NCBI GenBank assembly: GCA_040752415.1
Contig: JBFMGU010000246.1
Coordinates: 1-15,982, forward strand
Reading direction: 5' to 3'
DNA length: 15,982 bases
Source of the DNA: Myxococcota bacterium
Lineage (GTDB): Bacteria; Myxococcota; JACRCW01
A program made the translations under genes and the position numbers. Positions within the stretch are counted from its first letter, which is position 1, and each line of letters starts with the position of its first letter. The notes under the pieces are model-generated. The model saw only the letters and a list, made by a program, of their open reading frames with translations, made no database searches and had not been told where the DNA came from. Shown here one piece after another: positions 8,624 through 15,982 of this stretch.

Positions 8624-8674
8624 GGGGCCCTTGGGTAGCACCGTGGCCCAGAGCGGCTCAACCTTCCCCGCACC

Positions 8675-9334
8675 TCAGCGGCGTCCCCCGTCGGGAGTGG
8701 CCCCTTCTCCCACCGGTCCCTCCACCTGCTTGATGACCCGCAACGCGTCCTGGAGCTTGCGGTCGGCCAGCAGCCCGCGGGCCCGCATCAGCTGCGCCTC
8801 CAGCTCCGCGCGGCGGGCGGGAGGGTGGTTCCCGCGTCGGACCGCGGTCTGCGCCCGGTCCAGCGCCGCCCGGACCCGGCGCTCATCCACGTCGGTGCCG
8901 CGCGCAAAGGCCAAGGCGGTCTCATACGCGGTCTGCGCCGCCAGCCAGTCCTGCTGTTTCATGATCTCGTCGCCACGGGCGAGGTAGTCCTGCAGCCCGG
9001 TGTCGGCGTCGCGCTGGTCCAGGCCGCGGGCCGCCAGCACCGCCAGCACCTCCCGACGCGCCGCCTCCGCGGCGAGGCGCACCTTCTCCCGCTCCTCGGG
9101 CGGGACCGCGTTGATGGACTCCCGGCGCGCCACCGCCACCTCCCGCTGCGCCAACGCCTGTTCCCGGATGGCCACCACCGCCTCACGCGCGGCCAGCTCC
9201 GCCTCCCGCCGCGCCAACGCCGCCTCGCGCGCGGCCATGGCCAGCTGCAGCTCGGTGGGACCCCCGTCGGACGCGCCGCGACCCGCGGGACAACCCGACG
9301 CCAGCACCGCGATCAGCACCGCACCCGTCCTCAT
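8675..9334 (-). CDS. Hypothetical lipoprotein with heptad-repeat coiled coil and helical C-terminal domain
   Basis: From ATG 9334: MRTGAVLIAVLASG-C lipobox; ATG overlaps the polymerase TGA (ATGA at 9334-9331); 219 aa, all-helical pattern. Confidence 0.8.
   Translation of the reverse strand: MRTGAVLIAVLASGCPAGRGASDGGPTELQLAMAAREAALARREAELAAREAVVAIREQALAQREVAVARRESINAVPPEEREKVRLAAEAARREVLAVLAARGLDQRDADTGLQDYLARGDEIMKQQDWLAAQTAYETALAFARGTDVDERRVRAALDRAQTAVRRGNHPPARRAELEAQLMRARGLLADRKLQDALRVIKQVEGPVGEGATPDGGRR
9116..9235 (-). repeat. Degenerate 21-nt / 7-aa tandem repeat (A-x-R-E-x-x-L/V, about 6 copies) within the lipoprotein
   Basis: AAREAAL ARREAEL AAREAVV AIREQAL AQREVAV ARRES. Confidence 0.75.
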
Positions 9335-11067
9335 CCCTTGGCCCACGTGTCCCCCACGCGCACCTCGGCCAGCGGGCTCACGCCCGGGACCACGGCCGCC
9401 ATGGCCCGCTCCATCTCCTGCTTCACCTCCGCACCCACGCGCTCCGCCTCCGCCGCCGGACACTCGATGAGCAACTCATCATGCACCGTGTTGACGAGGA
9501 AGGCGTCGCGACCACGCAGCCGCTCATGGATGAACGCCATGGCCAGCTTGGTGATGTCCGCGCTGGTGCCCTGGATGGGCATGTTGCGGGAGAGCCGCGC
9601 CGCGGCGCCGGACTGGCGGTCCAGGAAGTCGCGCTCCAGGTAGAGTCGACGACCGAGCACGGTCTGCGCGTATCCGCGCTCGCGCACCTGGCGCTCCAGG
9701 TCGTGCAGCGTGGCGTCGATGCGGGGGAACTGCCGGAAGTACTGGGCCAGCAGCGCTTCCGCCTCGTCGAGCGACTGCCCGGTCTGCGCCGCCAGCCCGG
9801 CCGCCCCCATGCCGTAGATGAGCCCGAAGGAGATGGCCTTGGCGCGCTCCCGCAGCTCCGGGTGGCTCTGCTTGCTGACGGGGACGCCAAAGACCTGGCT
9901 GGCCACCTTGGCGTGCACGTCCTCACCGCGCTCGAACGCCGCCAGGAACACGGGGTCGCGGCTGAGGTGCGCCAGGATGCGGAGCTCGCACGCGGCATAG
10001 TCGGCGGTGATGAGCGCGCGACCGGGAGGAGCGTGGAAGCAGCTGCGCAGCGCGCTGTCCTTGGGGACGTTCTGCAGGTTGGGACGCTCGCAGCTCACGC
10101 GCCCGGTGCTGGCGCCAATCTGGCGGAACGAGGCGTGGATGCGCCCGGTCCGGGGATGCACGTGCGAGAGGAAGCTCTCCCCGTAGGTGCTCACCAGCTT
10201 GTGCGCCTCCCGGTAGGCCACCAGCGCCACGGCCGCGGGATGGCCGCTGTGCAGCAGCTCCCCCTTCTGCGTGCTCTGCAGGTGGACCCCCAGCTTCCCC
10301 AGCGCGTCGCGGACGTCGACGTCGCTGTCGTAGTTCAGGTCCACGGCGCCCAGCAGGTCCACGTTGGCCACCTTGCGGAAATGCCGGTCCATCTCCGCGC
10401 GCGCCGCGTCTCCCTCCGCCTGCGCCCGACGGATCACCTCGCGCCAGGCCACGGCATCCACCAGCACGCCGCGCTGCTCCATGTCGGCGAACGCGGGGAC
10501 CGCCAGCGCCTCCAGCCGCGCCACCTTGCGCGCGCCCTCACGCTGCACACGCGCCATCTGCTGCACGAGGATCTGCCAGGTGGCCAGCACGTCGCGGCGC
10601 GCGTACTCCAGCTGCGCGGGGGTGAACGCCTCGTCGGGGGCCATGCGGATGAAGCCCTGGCGCTCCGCCTTGTCCAGCGGCAGGCCCAGGTAGCGCGAGG
10701 AGAGCTCACTGAGGGAGAAGCCGCTCTCCCGCCGCCCATTCTCGAGGATCTGCTCGTTGAGCATGGTGTCGGCGAGCGGACGCACCTCCAGGCCCAGCGG
10801 CATCAGCATGCGCAGGTCGAACTTGGCGTGGTGCAGCGCCTTGACCGGCCCACCCTCGACGAGAGGAGCCAGCGCGGCGCGCACCCCCTCGACGGGGAGC
10901 CCGCGCACGTCACACAGCAGGGTGTCCACGCCGTTGGAGAACGCCACGAGGAGGAGCGTGTCCGTGAGCGGGTCCAGGCCGGAGGTCTCGGTGTCCAGGG
11001 CCACCACGGGGTGCCGCGCCAGTCGCGCTGCCTCCCGCGCCATGGTCTCCAGATCCCGAACCAGCAT
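9331..11067 (-). CDS. polA: Family A DNA polymerase with 3'-5' exonuclease, lacking the 5'-3' nuclease domain (Klenow-like)
   Basis: 578 aa from ATG 11067; ExoI ALDTETSG, ExoII HHAKFDL, ExoIII YARRDV; TGRVSCERPNLQNVP; motif A ADYAACELRILA; motif B RERAKAISFGLIYGMG; NMPIQGTSAD; motif C VHDELL. May be a second paralogue rather than the housekeeping Pol I. Confidence 0.93.
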   Translation of the reverse strand: MLVRDLETMAREAARLARHPVVALDTETSGLDPLTDTLLLVAFSNGVDTLLCDVRGLPVEGVRAALAPLVEGGPVKALHHAKFDLRMLMPLGLEVRPLADTMLNEQILENGRRESGFSLSELSSRYLGLPLDKAERQGFIRMAPDEAFTPAQLEYARRDVLATWQILVQQMARVQREGARKVARLEALAVPAFADMEQRGVLVDAVAWREVIRRAQAEGDAARAEMDRHFRKVANVDLLGAVDLNYDSDVDVRDALGKLGVHLQSTQKGELLHSGHPAAVALVAYREAHKLVSTYGESFLSHVHPRTGRIHASFRQIGASTGRVSCERPNLQNVPKDSALRSCFHAPPGRALITADYAACELRILAHLSRDPVFLAAFERGEDVHAKVASQVFGVPVSKQSHPELRERAKAISFGLIYGMGAAGLAAQTGQSLDEAEALLAQYFRQFPRIDATLHDLERQVRERGYAQTVLGRRLYLERDFLDRQSGAAARLSRNMPIQGTSADITKLAMAFIHERLRGRDAFLVNTVHDELLIECPAAEAERVGAEVKQEMERAMAAVVPGVSPLAEVRVGDTWAKG

Positions 11068-11176
11068 GGGTGCACCGTGACCTGGCTTCCGTCGTCGTGG
11101 GCGCTGTGACGAAAGGCGCGGGCAAGCTAGCATGCACCGCCTTGGCCACAAACCTTGGACGACGGAGAACGCGCGC

Positions 11177-11488
11177 ATGCGGATGCAGGCGACGGTGGTG
11201 GTGTTGATGGTGCTGGGTGGATGCTCGCGTCCCGTCGAGGGGGAGCCGGCGGAGGCGCGCGGGCGGCAGGTGTACCTGGCCAACTGCACCAGCTGTCATC
11301 ACGCCGACCCCGCGCAGGACGGCGCGTTGGGTCCCCGGGTGAAGGGAGCAAGCCGCGCGCTGCTGGAGAGGAAGCTCCTGCATGGCGACTATCCGCCCGG
11401 TCACACGCCGGTGCGCGACACGCGCCTGATGCCGCCCATGCCGCAAATGTCGGCGGAGCTGGACGCGTTGGCCGCGTTCCTGCGGTGA
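11177..11488 (+). CDS. Monoheme cytochrome c lipoprotein
   Basis: GGAG before ATG 11177; lipobox VLGG-C; GRQVYLANCTSCH heme motif; GP motif (LGPRVKG); distal LMPPMP supplies a likely axial Met. Confidence 0.9.
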   Translation: MRMQATVVVLMVLGGCSRPVEGEPAEARGRQVYLANCTSCHHADPAQDGALGPRVKGASRALLERKLLHGDYPPGHTPVRDTRLMPPMPQMSAELDALAAFLR

Positions 11489-11531
11489 AACGAACATCCT
11501 GCGTTTTGCGATATCAGGGGATCCCCCCGGC

Positions 11532-11560
11532 TTTACATCAGGTTTTCCAGGGACAAGAAT
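11532..11560 (+). promoter_or_regulatory. Candidate sigma70 promoter for the pseudo-receiver gene
   Basis: TTTACA (11532-11537), 17 nt spacer, AAGAAT (11555-11560), 21 nt upstream of GTG 11582. Confidence 0.4.
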
Positions 11561-11581
11561 GGCGGGTCCGGGGGGCCACGC

Positions 11582-12919
11582 GTGCCCGATCTCGCCATGA
11601 TCGATGATGAATTCCTGATTGAAGACGAAGTGAGTGAAGACGACGGTGAGGAGGAGGACCTCCTGGCCGGAGTGGCGACGGAACACCACGACGCGTGGGA
11701 CGCCGGTCCCGCAACCCACGTTGACCTGCCCATGGCTCCGGCCGCGCCCGGCCAGCCCGCACCGGCGACGGCGGAGGATCTCGACCTGCTGTTGGCGCCC
11801 GTCGAGGAGGAGGCCGCCACGCGCGTGGTGGCGACGACGGCGGTGACGAGCCCGCCCCCCCCGCCCCCCGCGGCCACACGTCCGGCGGCGCCGCCCTCCG
11901 CGGTGGTGACCCCGGCCCGCGCGGACGCGCCACCGGCGGACGCCGACGTCGACGACCTCGATCTGGACATGGACGAGGCGCCCGCGGTGAGCCAGGCGGC
12001 GCTGAAGAACATCAAGGTGCTGGTGGTGGATCCGCAGCAGGGCTGGGACGGCCCCCTGTGCGTGGCGCTGCAGCCCTTTGGATTCAGCCTCACCGTCGTG
12101 GAGACGGGCGTGTCGGCGCGGGAGGAGCTGGAGCGCAACCCGTACAACCTGGCCTGCCTGGTGGTGGGTCAGGACGCGGGGTGGGCGCGGATGCTGCTGC
12201 AGCGCGGGCGTGAGCGGTTCGAGCACGTGCGCTTCATGGTGGTGATCCCGCAGGGCGCGGCGGCCATGACGCAGTCGCTCATCGAGCTGGGCGCCTCCGA
12301 CGTGCTGGAGGTGCCGGTGCCGCAGGGAACGAGCCTGCTGGTGCGCGTGCAGGCGGTGCTGCCGGACCTCATGCCCATGGCGGTGGCCGACCCCAAGGAG
12401 CTGATCAGCGAGCTGGCCCTGTTGCGCAAGCGGCTGCTGAAGGCGGTGGCGGACAGCGAGTCCAAGGCCAACGAGATGGCCGCGCGGGCGCAGGAGGCGG
12501 AGCAGCAGCTGCAGCGCGCCACGGTGGAGGTGCGGCAGCACCAGAAGGAGATCACCGGCGTCCGCAGTGAGCTCAGCGTGCTGCGCGACCGGGCCCAGGT
12601 GCTGGACGAGCGGGTGGAGCGGCAGAAGGAGGAGATTGCCGCGCTGAAGCGTCGCAACGGGGAGCTGGAGATGGCGCTGCAGCAGAAGCAGCCGGAGCCC
12701 ATCCCCGCGCCCACGCAGAACGCGTCGCTGGTGGAGCTGCGCAGCCTGTTTGCCGCGCTGACGCCGTTCGGCTTCGGGTTTGACCAGGCCCTGGACTTCC
12801 TCTCCGACCTGGCCGTGCAGGTGGGCCCCGCCGCGCCGCAGCTGCAGGGGCACCTCAACAAGCTCAAGCTCATCCGTGGCGTGCTCAAGCGGATCGAGTC
12901 GAAGATCAACCAGAACTAG
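11582..12919 (+). CDS. Pseudo-receiver (degenerate REC) protein with acidic/Pro-rich N-terminus and coiled coil
   Basis: D/E-rich N-terminus, Pro/Ala linker, REC-like segment about 12011-12367 (IKVLVVDP...PYNLACLVV...FMVVIP...LGASDVLEVPV), then heptad-rich helix to about 12690 and a helical C-terminus. Start GTG 11582 or ATG 11597. Confidence 0.8.
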   Translation: MPDLAMIDDEFLIEDEVSEDDGEEEDLLAGVATEHHDAWDAGPATHVDLPMAPAAPGQPAPATAEDLDLLLAPVEEEAATRVVATTAVTSPPPPPPAATRPAAPPSAVVTPARADAPPADADVDDLDLDMDEAPAVSQAALKNIKVLVVDPQQGWDGPLCVALQPFGFSLTVVETGVSAREELERNPYNLACLVVGQDAGWARMLLQRGRERFEHVRFMVVIPQGAAAMTQSLIELGASDVLEVPVPQGTSLLVRVQAVLPDLMPMAVADPKELISELALLRKRLLKAVADSESKANEMAARAQEAEQQLQRATVEVRQHQKEITGVRSELSVLRDRAQVLDERVERQKEEIAALKRRNGELEMALQQKQPEPIPAPTQNASLVELRSLFAALTPFGFGFDQALDFLSDLAVQVGPAAPQLQGHLNKLKLIRGVLKRIESKINQN

Positions 12920-15057
12920 AGCTGCAGGGCGTAACCCACGCCCCAGATGATGCCGCCGGTGAACCCGGTGAGCGCCGTGCCCAGGAAGATGGGCGCGTCC
13001 AGGCGCACGTCGGTCATCAGCACGCCCGGTCCCAACGCCACGCCCGCTCCCAACCGGCCACTGAGCGCCGGCCCCGCGGCGCTGAGCCGCACGGCTTCTC
13101 CGGTGGTGAACAGCCCCGGGATGCCGAACGTCCCAACCAGCGCCAGCGGACTCTGCGAGGGCTGGACGATCCGCGCCTGGGCGAAGTGCGCGCCGCCCCC
13201 CAGCGCCCCGGTGAGCACCAACCGGCGCCACTGCACCTCCGCCCCGACGAGACCGAGCGCGGGCACGGAGAACAACAGGCGACGCAGCGTCAGCGGCTGG
13301 GTCAGGGAAAACGAGAGCGGCGTGGTGGCGGTGAGCCCGGTGCTGGCGGTCAGTGCCACGCTCAGCTTCACTGGCGCGCCCTGGACGGGGATGGGAATCA
13401 GCAAGGTGGTGTCCAGGCCGCCGCCCAGCAGCGTGAGCCGGCCCAGGTTCCACTGCGCGGCGAGCTTGGGGGCCACTCGCAGCGACGGCTGCGGCACCAC
13501 CTGCATGGGAACGGCGACCTGACCCGCCGCGCCCACGTCGGAGCGGATGGTCACGCTGGCCTGACCAGCGCTGGGGCTGGTGGGCGACACGAAGGTGAGA
13601 CGCACGCTCCCGTCGGGGAGGGACTGCCGGGAGACCAAGGTGGCGCCGTCGGCGGATTGGAAGCTGAGGGTGGCGGAGGGCACCGGGTTGCCGTGCGCGT
13701 CGGTGGCGGTGGCCACCACGTCGTACGCGCCCACGGGAAGACCGGGACGACGTGCCGGCTCCGGCTGGGAGAGCAGCAGCTTCTGCGCCGCGCCCGGCGC
13801 CAGCGTGAGCACCGCGCTCCCCAGCACACGCTGCTCCGCGTCGACGACCTCCACGATGGCCTCCGCCGCGCCGCCAAAGCTGTCCGAGGGGGTCCACACG
13901 CCGCGCATCACCCCGCTCCCCACGTGGCGCTGCACCTCCGCCTTCCCGAGCGTGGTGCGCAGCGCCAGGCCCTGCGTGGGGACGGGATTGCCGTGCTCGT
14001 CGACAACGTCGACCTTCACGACGACGGGCACAGCGCTCCCGGCCACGTGGTGCGAGGGCGCCAGACGGACCTGCGCGCGAGCCGGCGGCGCGGGCAACAG
14101 GGGCAGGTGCGCCTCCACGCTGCTGAGTCGCTCTCCCTCCAGCTCGGCGGAGACCACCAGGCGGGCATTGCCCACGTCGGGGGGAGCATCCACGGTGAGC
14201 AGCCACACGCCAGCCCGCAGCTCCCGGGGCTCCGAGATGGTGCCGCGGCTCACCGCCAGCTTGAACGAGCCCGCGTCGAGCATGGCACCACGACGGTCGA
14301 CGGCGATCAGCAGCAGCTCCACCTTGCCGCCCGCGTGTGTTTCTCCCAACGGGAAGAGCGCGATGCGGTTGAACGCGGGCACGCCCAGGTCCACCTTCTG
14401 CTTGGTCTCGTTGCCGGCGAGGTCCAGGCTCTCCGCGATGCCGAAGGGGGGCCCCGGCGGCGCGGTCACCTCCAGCACGGCCACGCCGGCGTCGTTGGCG
14501 GTGACGGGCCCGAAGGTCAGGTCACCCACGCGCAGCGTCACCACGGATTGCGCCTTGGTCTCGACGTTGAGCCGTCCCTGTCCCCACAACGGCAGCGCCA
14601 CCACGCCCGCCACGCGTCCGTCGGGGGCGGTGGCACGCGCGGCAATCAGGGCCACGTGCGGAAAGGCCACCTTGGGCGCGCGGTAGGTCACGCGGTGGTG
14701 CCCCAACTCCACGTGCTGCGGCGCTTCCGTGGTGCCCACGTTGGCCAGCACCACCAGCCCGGTGACGTCGACGGGTTTGCCCTGGGCGTCCGTGGTGAAG
14801 ATGTCCACCTCGGCGCTCTCGTCGCGACCGAGCACCAGGTGATCGCGGCTGACGCGCAGCTCCATCACCCCGCCCTCGAGGAGGGGGAGCCCGGCCACCG
14901 CGGGCGCGCTGACGGCGGGTGGCGCGGTGACGTCGGGCGTGCTGGGAACGGGTTGGGCTTCCGGCGCAGCCGCGGGGGCCTCGGCGGTCTGGGCGGACAG
15001 CGGCGGGGAGGTCAGGAACGCCAACAGGCAGGCGACGACCAGCGGATGACGCGCCAT
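12916..15057 (-). CDS. Exported Ig-like (invasin/Big-type) repeat protein with probable C-terminal outer-membrane beta-barrel
   Basis: 713 aa; signal peptide; repeated DxxGNPV-type turns (TTDAQGKPV, VVDEHGNPV, ATDAHGNPV); the last ~190 aa consist of amphipathic Gly-rich strands ending GIIWGVGYALQL. Stop overlaps the convergent gene's stop (CTAG). Confidence 0.8.
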   Translation of the reverse strand: MARHPLVVACLLAFLTSPPLSAQTAEAPAAAPEAQPVPSTPDVTAPPAVSAPAVAGLPLLEGGVMELRVSRDHLVLGRDESAEVDIFTTDAQGKPVDVTGLVVLANVGTTEAPQHVELGHHRVTYRAPKVAFPHVALIAARATAPDGRVAGVVALPLWGQGRLNVETKAQSVVTLRVGDLTFGPVTANDAGVAVLEVTAPPGPPFGIAESLDLAGNETKQKVDLGVPAFNRIALFPLGETHAGGKVELLLIAVDRRGAMLDAGSFKLAVSRGTISEPRELRAGVWLLTVDAPPDVGNARLVVSAELEGERLSSVEAHLPLLPAPPARAQVRLAPSHHVAGSAVPVVVKVDVVDEHGNPVPTQGLALRTTLGKAEVQRHVGSGVMRGVWTPSDSFGGAAEAIVEVVDAEQRVLGSAVLTLAPGAAQKLLLSQPEPARRPGLPVGAYDVVATATDAHGNPVPSATLSFQSADGATLVSRQSLPDGSVRLTFVSPTSPSAGQASVTIRSDVGAAGQVAVPMQVVPQPSLRVAPKLAAQWNLGRLTLLGGGLDTTLLIPIPVQGAPVKLSVALTASTGLTATTPLSFSLTQPLTLRRLLFSVPALGLVGAEVQWRRLVLTGALGGGAHFAQARIVQPSQSPLALVGTFGIPGLFTTGEAVRLSAAGPALSGRLGAGVALGPGVLMTDVRLDAPIFLGTALTGFTGGIIWGVGYALQL

Positions 15058-15105
15058 GTGCTCAGCCTCGCACGAGCGCCGGTCACGCTCCAGTTTTGGA
15101 TGTGG

Positions 15106-15981
15106 TCATTGCGTCTGTGGCGCCGCCTCACCCGCACCCCACTCCATGTGGCCTTTGATGGCCGGCGCGGAGCGGTCGACGGTGAGATCCAGTCGGGTGA
15201 GCTTCTCGTGCCCCGCGGCGTCCACCGCGTTGATCTCGATAGCGTTCCGGCCCTCGTCGAGCGGCACCTTGATGCGGAAGCGCCCGTCCGGGTCCACCCG
15301 CGCCACGCGCCCCTTCACACGCACCAGCGAGCCCGGCGTGGTCTGACCCACCACCTCGTGCTCCAACTCGCGCTGGATGCTGCGCGCGGGCGTGGCCACC
15401 TTCAGCAGCAGGCTGCGCGGGACCTCTCGTGGCTTCTGCGGCGCCGCGCCCGGCTCCACCACGGACTGGGTGCCCGCCGGCACGTCGACGCTCTTGCCGC
15501 GCGCCTGCAGCCGCACCTGGCCGGTCTCCGTGGCCACCGCCACCTGGCCGCGCCCGTCGTTCACCATGCTGAAGCGGCCGGCCTTGGATTCCACGGTGGC
15601 GTCGCTGCCCTTGGTCTCCACGCGGAAGACCGTGTTCCCGCCCGGCGTCACCTCCGCCACGATGCGACCTTCGTCGAGGCGGACCCTGGAGACCTCCTCG
15701 CTGATCTCGCGCACGTTCAGTTCCGTGCGGGCCGCCACGCGCACCTGGGCCTGGTCACCCACCTTGAGCAGCGCGCTGGAGTTCCGTCCGGTGCGCACGC
15801 TGTCGTCGACGCCGAGGGTGTCACCCACGCCGAGCGGGCTCCAGGAGTCCTTCTGGGCCTGCCGCTTCTCCAACACGCCGCTGGCCTCCAGCACGCGCAC
15901 CTCCGGACCGGACGCGGGCGCGGGAGCCGGGGCCTCGGGCGCGGCGGTTGGGGGCGGGGCTTCCGCGCGCGTCGCGGCGGG
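15106..15981 (-). CDS. FecR-domain protein with C-terminal Ig-like domain (N-terminus beyond the right edge)
   Basis: FecR-type pattern GDTLGVDDSVRTGRNSSALL, VRLDEGRI, VAVATETGQVRL, VDVPAGTQSVV; Ig-like C-terminus GRFRIKVPLDEGRNAIEINAVDAAGH. The frame stays open upstream of 15900 (PAATRAEAPPPTAAPEAPAPAPASGPE), so the ORF-track start is internal. Confidence 0.85.
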   Translation of the reverse strand, partial: PAATRAEAPPPTAAPEAPAPAPASGPEVRVLEASGVLEKRQAQKDSWSPLGVGDTLGVDDSVRTGRNSSALLKVGDQAQVRVAARTELNVREISEEVSRVRLDEGRIVAEVTPGGNTVFRVETKGSDATVESKAGRFSMVNDGRGQVAVATETGQVRLQARGKSVDVPAGTQSVVEPGAAPQKPREVPRSLLLKVATPARSIQRELEHEVVGQTTPGSLVRVKGRVARVDPDGRFRIKVPLDEGRNAIEINAVDAAGHEKLTRLDLTVDRSAPAIKGHMEWGAGEAAPQTQ

Positions 15982-15982
15982 C

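Noticed and set aside
9331..11067. Prophage or mobile-element origin for the short PolA
   Set aside because: No integrase, primase/helicase, structural genes, att-like repeats or compositional shift nearby.
11068..11289. N-terminal extension of the polymerase given by the ORF track
   Set aside because: Overlaps the divergent cytochrome c gene and shows no 5'-nuclease motifs; ATG 11067 just before ExoI is the better start.
10910..14206. 1098-aa minus-strand ORF, the longest in the window
   Set aside because: Crosses four well-supported genes in alternative or antisense frames; Arg/Gly/Ala-rich low-information sequence with no domain; explained by stop-codon scarcity at high GC.

Overview
High-GC chromosomal window, almost certainly from a Myxococcota (myxobacterial-type) bacterium, densely packed with 14 CDS and containing no rRNA, tRNA, CRISPR array or mobile element that I can see. 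The left part holds the mglB-mglA GAP/GTPase cell-polarity operon, followed on the same strand by a separately promoted operon of exported proteins (coiled-coil/beta-domain protein, 799-aa TPR/coiled-coil protein, and a third gene cut by the window edge) that resembles a Glt/Nfs-type envelope cluster. The middle holds a divergent GT2 polyprenyl-phosphate glycosyltransferase and a tight minus-strand run: Klenow-like family A DNA polymerase (no 5'-3' nuclease), heptad-repeat lipoprotein, exported HEAT-repeat protein, gamma-glutamyltransferase. The right part holds a lipoprotein cytochrome c, an orphan pseudo-receiver/coiled-coil protein, and a FecR-Ig protein next to an Ig-repeat protein with a probable C-terminal outer-membrane beta-barrel. 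The best candidates for undescribed biology are the FecR-Ig plus Ig/beta-barrel pair, the pseudo-receiver protein, the mglBA-linked TPR operon and the polymerase-envelope operon. All domain calls were made by eye from motifs; no searches were run.
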